The notes beneath the pieces were generated by a model, which saw only the letters and a program-made list of their open reading frames with translations, did not search any database and was not told the origin of the DNA. From NCBI RefSeq assembly GCF_001949145.1, contig NW_019091404.1, positions 2,604,001 through 2,666,000 on the forward strand: a stretch of DNA of 62,000 nucleotides, read 5' to 3'. The position numbers and the translations under genes are program-made. Each line of letters opens with the position of its first letter. Position 1 is the first letter of the stretch. This DNA comes from Acanthaster planci. Its lineage: Eukaryota. Shown here piece after piece: positions 35,207-48,300 of the stretch.

Positions 35207-35312
35207 TTACTTGGAAATCCTCAACTGCTCTGGACAAACCTAGTTTCTGACTATCAAACTTACTTGGAAATCCTCAACTGCTCTGGATAAACCTGGTTTC
35301 TGACTATCAAAC
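35207..35312. repeat. 53-bp tandem duplication
   Basis: TTACTTGGAAATCCTCAACTGCTCTGGA(C/T)AAACCT(A/G)GTTTCTGACTATCAAAC x2. Confidence 0.92.
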
Positions 35313-36585
35313 TTTTTTTGTTTTACTTTCATTTAAAAATCATGGACGTAAAGTGAAACATGAATGGTATATTTTCAAATTCTTTCTTTGTACAGATCAC
35401 AGTGTAGCAACAACCCACGTGGTGTCCATTCTACGCAGTGTAGTTCAGTTCCATGTTCACTTTAATGCGTCAACATAAAGTTACATTAGAAATGTTAGTT
35501 ACACTGAGTGTAACTAATCAATATGTTCATGGAGCCGCTTATTTTATTATTATCATCAATACGGCGCAATGAAAGTAAGTGTCCACGATGAGGTATGTTA
35601 CTGTTCCAGGAATCTGTCTCGCTGATAATTTCTCCAGAGAGAGAAAGGCTCATTTTAGAATTAAGAGCAAAATACGGTCGATATTTAAATAAGAGCGATT
35701 GCAAACTCCCTTAAAAATTGGAACACAGTGCGCATTTGGTAATTAAACTCAACACTTTATAAGTATTAAATTTTATAGTTTCAAGTACAAATAGCGACGA
35801 TCTTCCATTATTTTATTTTGAATGGAGGTAAAATTTAAAAGGAAAATAAAGGATACAGAAACAGCGAAACACTAGGAGAATCGGCAGTGAAAAGCGAACC
35901 GCCAAGAAGGTAGTAAAATCGAAACGGACACGGTTGAAATCGGAATAAACTTAGGAGGGAGTGTGAAGTGCATTCTGAACAGCTGTCCGGGGGCAAACAG
36001 ACCACAGACTTGGTTGGTAAATTTGTGGGGAAAATGAACCATTTACATCTCTTTGATTGGTTCCTTATTAACAGTATTTACAACTTTTCACAAACTCTAT
36101 GCACATCATACTTATAAATAAACTAAATTATTTGCTTTCTTGTTAAAAATTATTTCAACATTTGAAAAAATCACTTACCGCTCGAATGGCATTGATTTTT
36201 TTTCTTAATTTAAAATATCACAGGGTTTAGGCCTAGGCAGAGTTATAAACAAAAGCTCTGCTATGCTCTATTAAAAAAAGAACTAATCAAGTAACTCATC
36301 TGGAAGAAATGTTCATAAATTAAGAACAACTTTCATCACCACAAGCCTTTCTTTACAAATCACACTGTGCTAACAAAATAGTTTCCACGGCGGGACTTGA
36401 CACCACTGCAATTACCATGGTGATTTGACTTTCAGCCATAGGAATCAAATAAGGTGGGAACTCAACAGGAGAGCCAAGAAAGTGTAAGATTTGTGACATT
36501 CCACTGGACTTACCAAACGGATCGTAGTGGAATATCCAGTGGAATTCTCATGAGATTTTCTGTGGGAATTTTCCACAGGTTTGAC

Positions 36586-36760
36586 AATACAGGCGATTCA
36601 CAATAGTGTGCCTCCAAGCGTTTGCAATGCATTGACCAATCACAGTGTGCAACATCTGTTGACCCTTACTAGACATGCACTGGGTCGACAGATTTCACAC
36701 GCTGTGATTGGCCAACGCGTTGAAAACTCTTGGTGGTGCACTTTTGTGAATCGCCCGTAT
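36586..36760. mobile_element. Palindromic MITE, CpG-decayed copy (inverted relative to 32778-32953)
   Basis: Aligns end to end with the reverse complement of 32778-32953. Confidence 0.82.
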
Positions 36761-39364
36761 ACCAGCTCAGTAAATTTCTGCGGGGTCAAATGTGGTCATG
36801 GGCAGTTATATTCTATGCAAATGGTCATTATGCATTTAACCCATACTTCTCCGTCTGGTTCCTCATTATTCACCAACCTGTTCATTCTCGCATACCTAAT
36901 TTCACTCTCAACCTTTCACAACATACATACACACTCATTGATGTATTGTTAGAATAAAGACCGTATGCATTCTTTTCTTATTAGCATTTCCAAAGCTAGT
37001 TGCTGGTGGAGTCAGGTTTGCAAAAATGAAGTGTACACTGACACTTAATCCGCAGCACTCAGAACAAAAACGATCTCAGACTGATAATTAACTTGAACTT
37101 TGAACAGTGTAAGTTTTCATTGTGGTTAGGGTATAACACATCACCCTTTCAAATTGGCCCGTGTTTTAAAAACCTTTGCAAAATCTCTAAATAGTTGGCT
37201 TTACATTCTCACAAAGGTATTGGTATCTTTTGGAGGAATTGCAGAAACACAAAAGAGAGGTGAATACATTAATTAAACACGAGGCTTTCCTGAGAAACTA
37301 AACCAATTTGTCTTGCAGCACAGTTATTTGTGGTGTGGCAAACTGAGGCTCTTTCCTTGAAACCAACGGGAAAGAGGATCATTCAGCCAAGTGAAAAATG
37401 GTAACATATATACACATCTCACATTTTCATCTGGATATTTTAACACTTTTATCTTGATCCAGGCTCCACAAGTTTTGTTTATTTGGGGGCCTTGGGTTTC
37501 AATGTGAAACTGAAAACATGATCAGTCTCCAGGCACAGATAATGAAGTCCAGTCTTTCAACAAGACACCGACAAAATTGCTTATTCTCCCCTGGGGTGAC
37601 AACAGTGGAGTACTGATAACCATGGATCAAATTACATCCCAGGTACAGATTATAGAAAAAGATTATGATGACACTTAAATCAACTGCTGATTGTTAAGGT
37701 AAGAGTGGTTACAAGCATGATGGTCAGGGGTAATAATGACTCAATTAATCTTATCCCCTTATTTAATCTATTAGTACTTGCATTACATCATACCTATACC
37801 TTGATCAATCTTTAAAACTAAGCAGTGAGAGGATGATTTGGGAAAGAATATAGAGTAACACACAGGGAAGGCCGGGGGGGGTATTCAAGGACTGATGGGT
37901 GGAAAGCAAATGGGTGGATTATCAATGTAAACCCAGTTGGCCATGGAAATGAACAGTGTCAACTTTTTCAACAGCAACAGAATCTGTAGTTGTGTGCATC
38001 AGACACAAGACAGACCTCAGCCAAGTTCATCTCAGCATCTTTCAAATCCACCTGATTTCACCAAAATAATGACTTGTTTTTCAATGTGACTGGTGGTTTC
38101 CTTTGATTCCTGATTTCATAGTAATTTAATCTGTGATACAAATATTTGTTTAGAATTTGTGCTACACTGGTTTTATCTGAAATGTAAGAAACATAAAATG
38201 GAACCTGTAACCATTTTTTTTTTAGATTAGATTCTTTGTTTTTATATTTCAAAATCAACCAAAGCATCTTTAAATGACAAGGCCCAAGACTTTATCCGAA
38301 GGGGTTAAAAATGGAAGTAACTGCAAATCAATAATAATTCATTGTAATTTGACAACTATGCATGAAATGAATTTGTAACTTAGCACACTTTCTTCTTTCT
38401 GCAGCATTGGCTAAACAGTGCCGTTGTTCTTCCAGCATGAGTGAGATGATGAATTTCCATGCTGTTGGTTCCCCTGGGGTGAGATCAGCTGGTTTGCAAG
38501 GAAGAAATTTTACTCAATGCAGCTGAAAATCCACAGACCATTTTACACTTTCTTAATACAGCACCAAACAAGTGTGAAATAAATGGCAGTACTAAGTTGT
38601 CACTAAGGTTTCTGCTGGTGTTGGAACGGCCAAGATAGTTCTTTCTTCAAGAAAGTAAATGGCAGTTAATTTGACATTAAGTTTGAAGTCTAAAACTGGC
38701 AGATGAAGTCATTTCCTTGTTCACATGAAAGTAGCTGCGTCAAAGTTTCAGTTTTAGCCACACGTACAGTGTTTCAAACTTTTGAGCTTTTAGGAAACAA
38801 AACGCAGCAATAGAATTGACAGCAGTGTACTCACCAGATACCAAGTAACAGGTACATCTGAGATGAACGTACTCTCAGATGACCAGAAATGGTAGACCAA
38901 GAATGGAGCGGACCTAGTCAGTGGGGCTGACAGTTTAGGTCCATTTTAGAAACTTGTTCAGCACAGAGTACAGCTGCTCAGCAAAAGCTGGTTACCAGCT
39001 ATAAAAAGTCATGGTGTGTATTGCTTTTGACTGGCGTTTTGCTATTTTTTTTTCTCAGCACGTAAAATTGTTGAGCAAATGGTGTCTGTCATCTGACCTC
39101 AGCTGGTACCAATGGCAAGTCTCACTGCTACATCATTTAGCACACACTGCATGAACACAAGTGGTGGCCTTGCACTGTGACTACACATCTCTCTCCATTT
39201 CTCACTGTCTCTCTCACCTTGTTTGTTACATTCCTTCACTCGCAGTTATCGGCTGCTCATAAATAAAACTCATACAAAGAGGATCAGCAAACTGACGCTG
39301 CTAGAAAGTCTCTGATGTATAATATATGTATATGTATAATTTACAAGTTAAATGGGAGTCAGTG

Positions 39365-42300
39365 TCATTTTGGGTTGCCTCTGACCTTGGATGACCCCCC
39401 GACCTTTGACATGGTGAGATTTGTTCGGACTACTTTTTTGTCAGTGGCATTGCTGAGCCCTGCAGAGGGGGTGTCACCGTTTAGCTTGCTGGCTGGTGTG
39501 GGGGTACCATTGGTGGCATTGATCTTGGGCGTCTCGCCGTTGGCTTGTCGCGTCGTCTTGTCGTTTTCAGACTTTTTCCGTTTCTCCTCTTCCATTGCCT
39601 TGGCCATCTCGGAGTAGTAGTTTAGAGCCTTCCGCACCGGCTCAATAATATGCTCCTGAAAGACAAAAACTGATTCTTACTGCTTACCTCTTCAATCTCA
39701 ATTTTCCAAACTTAAATCTTTGGCCCGTCAACTCGGCTGCTTCCTTACTGATGACAGTGACTGAATTCTCCTCATTAAATTTCTAACCAGAAAACAAGCT
39801 AAATTTTCTCTTGGCAAATTCTGAATGAAACCTGGGCTAGACTGATAACCATTCATCCACGGGTGTAATTGGCCACTTACAAAAAGCTGAAACGTAGGAA
39901 GTTCCCTTACGTTTATAAACAGCAGGTGTACAAAAAAGCTGAAATGGAGGGTCAACATCTTAACAAAAAAAACTGAATTCAGCTAAAAAGCTGAATTTTC
40001 ACACCTGTGTTCATGGTTTCAAACTTCCACTTTTAAGAAAATACAACAACCTTACAATATGTTACACATATTGTGCCCAGCCAGCTCCATTTGCAGTTTG
40101 ACCCGTTTGTTTTTGATCCGAATGAAAATGTTGATGACAAATCTGATACACTGTCACCAATGAATCTGCCGATTCATAAATTTTGTAATCCACCAACAGT
40201 AACCCTAAGGCTATTCCATCAAACCAGTATGCTAAAAACACACCAAAAAAAAAACAGGCTAAGTGTTACAAGACAGACAAAGTCCATCAGTAACCATGCC
40301 TGAAGAAACTGTCATTTATTACTCAACTGAAGAAAAGTGATAGCTTGAGAAAAGGTCATCCACAGGACACCTTTTGTTAGCTTTCTGAAAAACAGATGGA
40401 AGTTAAACAGAATGCTTGGTCAAAACTGAACTTCTTTGGGAGTGTCATAATGGACAAAAAATTGCGTCTAATCTTTGAGTTATGGAACTTACAGCCCCTT
40501 TTATCCTGTATCATCTGGTTTCTTTTTAGAAACTGTCCTGAATCTATAAAAGCCATCACTGTGAAGTATCCCAACAACAGGTTTTTTTGCTTCACACTGG
40601 GACATCAATCTTTATGCAAAGATATGGCACATGAGTAACCACAGTCCTGAAACCATCAAAATTTACCAAATCTGACTTGAACATATTTGTGGATTTATAA
40701 GTTTTTGATGGGTTTGGGATGACAGAGGTAACAATTAAATAGAAAACTGCAGATGGAATATGTTTTAAGGAGGGTAAGTTTTGAAGTATACCTTGTTGGA
40801 AGGATACATACAGAACTCTAATGCTTCATATTTGTCGGTTCCACCTACCTCCAATTTGGGAAGTAACACCCCAAGGGCTTCAAAGAGGGGAAGCAGCACA
40901 AATCGGATGAAACCGGTTTGTGACGAGGGCTTGGTCACCTTCTCTCGGTCCATGAAGGGTGCCACTGGTAAGCCTTCAAGCTTTTCAACATCGCTCTGTG
41001 GTGGTATGGAAGAAATGACAGGATATAAGCCAAGCCATGTTTGTGGATGGATGGTGTGTAGCATTTGGGGAGTCAGGTTGGTGTAGTGGTTCTTTCCTCG
41101 CCTTCCACCTCTGCAGTCAGCGTTCGATTCCCAGCTCAGTCCACATGTGGATTGGGTTTTCAGTCCTTACCTGATTCTATGGGTTTTATCCAGAATATTC
41201 TTCTGGGGTTTTCCTCCCACCTCTTTAAACTGCAACTACTTCTCACTCTCTCCTATTTACAGATGTAGGCTGTTTGGTGGCTTCCCGAGAGCCCTTGTAA
41301 GCTTGTAAGTTTACGTTGTAAATGTGAAGGCCTCCATGGAAAGCAGTGTCAACACTGATCAAAGCTTACCCTCATTTAAGATGACATAATATTTACAGTG
41401 GAAATAGAAATTGTTTCATACTTGAATGGATATCGTTTCATAAAATCTAGAGGAATGATCTGATTAGTGTTTAGTGCCCTCTAGCTAATAAAACATGTCT
41501 ACTCACCAACCAACCCAGCTGTCTTGCTCCCCCCTTAATTTCAGCAGTTTTTTTACCCCAAACATTGACTTCATCAATATTTCTCTGATGAGTCCTTTCT
41601 CAAGAGGATATGAAGAAAGTTAAGCCCTCCAAAATGCACAGTCTGGTATACAGACTAAAACTGATAATGAAAGGACTGCAGAAACAAAACTACAAGTCTC
41701 CGAGATATTTTACCGTTTTGTACCTGATTAAAGAACTCTTGAAGTAAGCAGTCGATCCAGGGATCAGATACATCCATGGGTCGGGCCTCATTGGAGATGT
41801 CAGCAACCTTAATACAGATCTGCATTAACTACAAGAAGGCGGTAAAATGGACAACATTGTTAAGTTGATGAAGGTTGGAGTAACTGTCAAGTAAAGCCAC
41901 AACCAATTTCCAGAGTTAAATATTGGAATAGGGGTTGTGACCAAAGACATCTTTTATGAGTATGAAATTGGGCAAGTTGTGAAATGGCCGAGTGTTCACT
42001 CCTCCAGTAAGATTCAAGTTTCTCTGACTTTTAAACAACTTCCTTTTTAAACTGAACGAGCAAAGAAAAATCCACTGATTAGTTATTTAAAAAATTTGCA
42101 TTTAATCAAATTTGGCTTTGTGATTCACAGTCATCGGCAACAAGCCCAGAGTAACAAAAACAGCTACACGCCTGTCTCAGAAGGAGCTTTCTAAAACCTC
42201 CAACAAATCTTGGAGAGTGGCTCGTCCCTTTAATGCAGCGCAATTAAAACCCCCTGACCCAAAGGTTCAAACAAAGACACAGCCGCTTGGTTTTTGGTTG

Positions 42301-45300
42301 TGCCAAGAGCCTCGGCCGACCACTTAGTAAATTGAACAGCTGAGGCCATCGTATCCAAACCATAAAGGTCCGCAGGAAATTAAATTGAGTAGGCACTCTC
42401 CGTTTGAGACGTGGCTGCTTTGGGTGTTTTGTTCTAAGTGTCCTTTGCAAATGTGTCTTCCAAAACCTCTCTTCATGTGTACGACCACGTCCAAATCATC
42501 TGGCTATTGCCATGAATAATGCACACACTTATGGAAAGTGGTTTCAGCCGCTACCCTGTGGCTCTCCATAGATTCAAATGTCATCTGAAGCCATAGCCAC
42601 AACTTTTGAACATGGCCTATCACGTGAACCGAGACAAATGAGTGTTGACAGTTTAAATCATGAAATATATCTGAAATTAGCCCCAGGACTAGACGGCAAT
42701 TTCTGTGATGAATCTGGAGAGGCCTGACAACCACCAAAATTGCAGATATCAATTTCAGAAGTAAGAGAAGTTTGAGGCAAAAGCTGTACAGAAAATGATC
42801 ATGCAGTCACATTTTGAACTAGGTTAAAATCATCTGGGAACCAGTCATGCATGGCAAACACTACACAAGATCTAACTGGTAACCTTCTATCAGTAAAGTT
42901 CTGTGATTGACCAGTCCGCAATAAGCCCTGAATAGGGTTATGCATTGTTTAAACTTAATGAGGGCAATGTGCAATCAAAATATAGGGGCATGGACAGTAC
43001 TCAGCTGAAATGAATTTGACAGAAACTGATTACATTATGTTGCATTAGAGCTTACCAGGTTCAAGTGTTCCTTATTGGAGTAATCAAACTCTGGCACCAC
43101 GGCCTTGAACTTGTTGAGGATCTCATTATGTTTGGCCATGTCTGTGGCTAGGATGCAGCTGATCATGCCTTCTCGTACCCGTTTGTATCTCTCGTGGCCC
43201 ATGTTCTTGAAGATGTTGCAATGAGGCTGCGAGAGAGAGGAGAAAGATGCGCTCATGTCGTTGTATAAAAAGAGACAGTAACCACAAATTTCTGAGGAGC
43301 ACTGAGAACCACATATGGTCAGATATGGTTACTCCCTACACTGCATTAAATCCCCCCCCAATACTTGATGCTTTATGGATTCATAAGCACTGCAGAGGCC
43401 ACACCCCTACAGAGGAGGCTCTGGGGAGAGATGTGACCACTGCGGAGACCAAAACCCTCCTAAGATGAAGATACTGTACAGAGGCTGGATGCAGTGGTGG
43501 CAGTCCCCTCCCCCCGAAAGTAGAATGGCGTGGCCAGTGGAGACTACATCCCTACCAAGATGGCACTGTGAATGAGGATGGATCAGACTTTTTATGTCCA
43601 ATCTTGAAAGTTTTCCAAGGCACGGCGTTGCACCCAAAACTTTCTTGAAAAATTCATATCCCTGCAAAATGTTCTCTTACAAGTTGCCAAACAGACTTGA
43701 TGCTCTTCCCACAAAGAACGTGTGGACGAGAAAGTACAATGATTAAAAATAACAGAAAGAAAATGATTCCTTTGAGGACTCACCTTTTCCAAAATTTGAA
43801 ATGCTACTGAACAGTGGTGATTTTCAAGAGGAGAGATGTCATTATACCTGAGTGCGAGCTCTGTTCTTGCATTCACCTGGAACGATATAGGACAAGTTTT
43901 CTTTAAAAGGAAACTCCATCCAACACTTTGCCATCAGTATGTTAAAATGTTTAGGTTTTACAATGCTGTTTTGTGCTATAATTTTACCCGGCACATCTAA
44001 TGTGTGTAACACAGCCATGTTTTCGCAAAGTTGTCCAACATCCATGGATTATGATGTGGTGTCTACACCTTCACATGCTGCACACAATTGCCTGCTCAGT
44101 ACCGTCAAGTGAACACAGCTTGGGTCCCTGACTTGCACCCTTGCTATTATATCTAAAATCAAAGAACCACCAATCGTGACCTGACTATTGTACATGCATG
44201 CCGCATGGAAAGGCGTAAAAGGTTTCCGGAAAGTGAAAAAATGCCAACTTGTCATTTGGATGCTTCAATAAGCCAATCCCTGGAAACAATCAGAGTATTT
44301 TTGTAATTCCGGATCCAAAGAAATGCCCAGAGATTTGCAAGAAATTGCTTCACAACATTAGAAACGCCAAATTCAACTTTAAATTGTTCGTGCTGAGCAA
44401 GGCGTTCATAGTCTGTGAAGACCACTTCAAGTGGGACTGCTTCCAAGAAAATCGGCAGGCAGACCTCCTGGGTTACACACCTAGAGTAAAGAAACTGAAA
44501 CCTGACGTGGGGCGGACAATTTTTTCTTTCAGAAAACACATACATGTACAGCGTGGTTACGAAGGATTTTTTCTGGACTCAGTAAGTACGTGAAAAAGTG
44601 AGTGTACACTGTGCGTAATCAGCTGATGTACATGTTTAGGCTGGTACCACAACAATAATGCATAACGCCACAGCAATCTTATGGGTACACGACCGCTACA
44701 TTACATTGTGTGTTCTACAAGTGTTGATGTGACATTAAAAAATTCCAGATGTGGCACAAATTTTGAACAATATGGCTGAGCTCCTGAGCATGTAAAAAGA
44801 GAACGCTTTGATTTATTATCTAATTACTCGGCAGGGGGCTTAAGTAAAAATCAGGAAATTTATATTCTCTGACAAATGCTCTTCATGACAGTTGAAAGAA
44901 AAATTCGGCCTGAAATTCCCCTTCAATAGCACAGGAAAAGTGGCCATATTTCCACAGAAAGTTGATTGACTGGAGATTTTTTGACCATCTTCAAGCAATC
45001 TCTCGAATGTTAACGTTTGGCAAGAAAGCCTCTTTCTTAATACTGGCTTAACTGTCAACCTCTGATTTTGACATGATAAATGTTCTTTGATATATATGAT
45101 AAATATGAACACTACACAGACATTCTCAATCATCAACTGGACAGTCCAACTCAGTCTAAGTATTCTGCAAACAGATCGGAAAGTGAGATGAAAAACTGTC
45201 TGAACAGCCAAGAGAGACCATCTTGAGTATCGTGCTCCTATTCCTTTAAGTGAGGGCAGTAACCACTTTAATATTCCTTCTGCCTGGCAGTTTCAACTTG

Positions 45301-48300
45301 GCATATGGGAGACGGTTAACAAAAGATCGGACATAAAGATAAACACCATCAGAGGCAAACGGCTAATCCAGACGAGAGAGAATGAACTGTGTGGCTCAGT
45401 AAGGTGGTTGATGCCAATCGTAGGGAATCTTGTGGTGATGAAAATCAATACTGTCTACATGCTTCTGAGTTCCTGGAAAAAGCTGTGGTTAGATTTGGAC
45501 ATACTGGGGATTTCTCTCGTCAGATTGGCTTCGGGAATTCGATTTGGAGATGTCTATGACCGTCTCAAAAGAAACATTGCAAGCAAAGTGGTAATTTCTC
45601 GACAAAATCTTCTCAGACATCGATTCAACTCTGTCTCAACTGAACATTTTATTACTGAGATTAACTTCATGTTTTGCAGGCAATAAATGTCTCCTAAACA
45701 AGGTGTGTCTTAAGGTTTAAGGGGTGATATAAGTTCTACTACAAGGCCCAAAACAAGGGTATCATTGGATTAATTGGAGGTTTTCCTACATGTATTAGCC
45801 CTTAGTTGGAAAACATATCCCTCGATTCTGAAGACCCAAAACTGTACTTGACGAATCTAAGACTCCTATACAAGAAGTCAATGAATTCAGAAAAACCCTA
45901 CTTTTTCTCTGCGTTTGCAGTCGTAGAAGCCTGCCGGCCAGGATTAATAATAGATTGATTCCAAATTTCATTCAAAGTACCTGATGAACTTTGATCAACA
46001 TTACCGACACTAACTTCCCAGACCGACGTCAATTTTTTGCACATGAGCAGGATGGAAAGACAAAAAGAAAACTTTCTGACAATAAATCGATCCAGTAAGC
46101 CTCGTCCACTGCACACGTGGGGACTTAGTACATGCTCTTCTCCAATGCTACACTTCAGGTTCCAGTTGCGCACGTCATACGTTCGCGTGCATGTCAGACT
46201 TAAGTGTCTCGAATCTGTGATTGGTCAGAAAACAATGGGGTGGGGCTTAATGGATTGGTCAATTTTTTTTACCTGATAAGCGTTATTGTATCCTGGATGG
46301 TCTAAATCGTGGCAGATTGCAGACGTCACCATGATAAGCACTTCAAGCTCTCCCACTAAATGACACAGGTCAGCGAGCCAGTTCATGCCATACATCTACA
46401 AACAGAGATAAAGACAAAAGCAGGCAGAGAGTTGTTCTGTTAGAATTAGAATTGGCAGTACAAAATGCCGGGCAAGAATTGGTATGGGCCTCGAGCTGGA
46501 CCAATAGAGGGCGCTATTTTCTTAGCAACAGAGGCTTCTTTGGTCGGAACTGAACTTTGCTGGTTCAAGAACAACTAGGAAATGCACGTGTTACGGTCGC
46601 GTGGCAGCAACAAAATTAATACTTCCAACCAACGTGACTCTTTTCAACCAATGAGGGGGTACTTCTGCTTGAGGCAGATTGCGGCCAGTTCAACGAGCTG
46701 CTTTGGCTGAAATTTGTTCAAGATTCATGAATCAGCAGCACTAATATTTGATCTGAGGTCACAATGCTGCATTCACCACAGGCACTGTGATGTCTACCGT
46801 CAATGGGGGCCCCTTGTACGAGTGTGCAGTTATCTTGTGCTGGAGTTCCCTCCTCTACAAGTCACTATAATGTACACATGTAGATTAAACCCCAAATATT
46901 CTGATTCATAAATGTCAATTTCACATACCTTCTACAAAGTTAAGAGGAAATTTTATTTGGGCCGATTTTCTGATTTTTCTTTCAGAAGTGCAAAATGAAC
47001 CCCTAAAATATTGCGCCCCCAAATATTTTTTTTTTCAATTTTTAGTTAGGTGAGTGGGGTAATGATGATTTACTAGAATTTATCAACTTTATAGAACTTC
47101 TGAAATTCATTGTGGAATTTTCCGAGATTTTTGATAACAATGTTTATACCATTTGCTCGTTACCCAGCATCTGATTCAGGGTGTTAGGTGAAGAGCAACT
47201 ATGTACAAGGCCAGTTTACAACACGCAGTGAATTTTGAAAACTAATGAAGTATACAAGTCTTACATGCATCCATCAGTTCCTGACAAACATGCAACTTGT
47301 ACCATAACACATTATGATAGGCCTTTGTATAAAAATAAGTGTTCACAGAGCCAAAAGTTCCACTTTAGGGTTTGACGAACCCTCCCCCCCAGTCTCTGGT
47401 CAGGCATCGGGCCTGTGAGCTTAGTATCGATCGGCAAAGACTCATTTTGAAGCTGACCTCTCATTTCTCCCCCGTGAAATCGTCCTTTCAAGTTGATGAG
47501 TTCATTGAGGTGGACAAAAAGTTGGTTAAGCTGCTCCATCCCTTGATATTGAGGTTTTGCGACAGTGGCACAATATCTCCCACAACTGAAAGGGTGGGGG
47601 GGGACTGAGCACCGGCAGAAACCTAATCCAGGCTAATCTCCAAACACTGCGATATCTAACACCTTTTAGGCAAACAGCTCTGGCACATAATCAATGCTAA
47701 CATGCCCATCTGTCCCCAGACCCCGTTTCTTGCTCCCATTTTGGTAATTACTTGCTGAAACCGACGGCAAACTTTAAAGAGACCTGGTACAGACAGTGAT
47801 TAGTTTTGTTTTCCAAATTTTTTTTAATACGCTTCAAGCAATTCAGGTCTAGTTATTTGCTCCATTTTACAAACCAATATACAGGAAAGGGCAAGACGCA
47901 CCTGACTACTTATAAAAGTCTCACTTTCATTTTGTCTGTTCATATTTCTGATTCCTGTTTCTCCAAACTAATCAAGTCAGTGAATCAGACGAACAGAAAG
48001 AATCAACTGTTTATCAGAAAGACCTCAATTGGAGTGGTATGAGAGAGAGTGAAGAAGAAAACAAAGAAGGGCAATTCTTTTTCCCCAACTTTTTCCAACT
48101 CTCTGTGGACATCAAAATGGCTTTGCTGGCTTTCCATTAGGATAGACTTCTGACATTTCAAAAGCGGACGGATAAAATGTACGATATTTGATTCCCTAAA
48201 TGGTTTGCACCAACCACCTACTCACAAAAAAATCAGTAAAACAGATAAAAGCATTTGAGCACAAAAAAGATTGACACTTGCGAACTAACAATCAACAATG

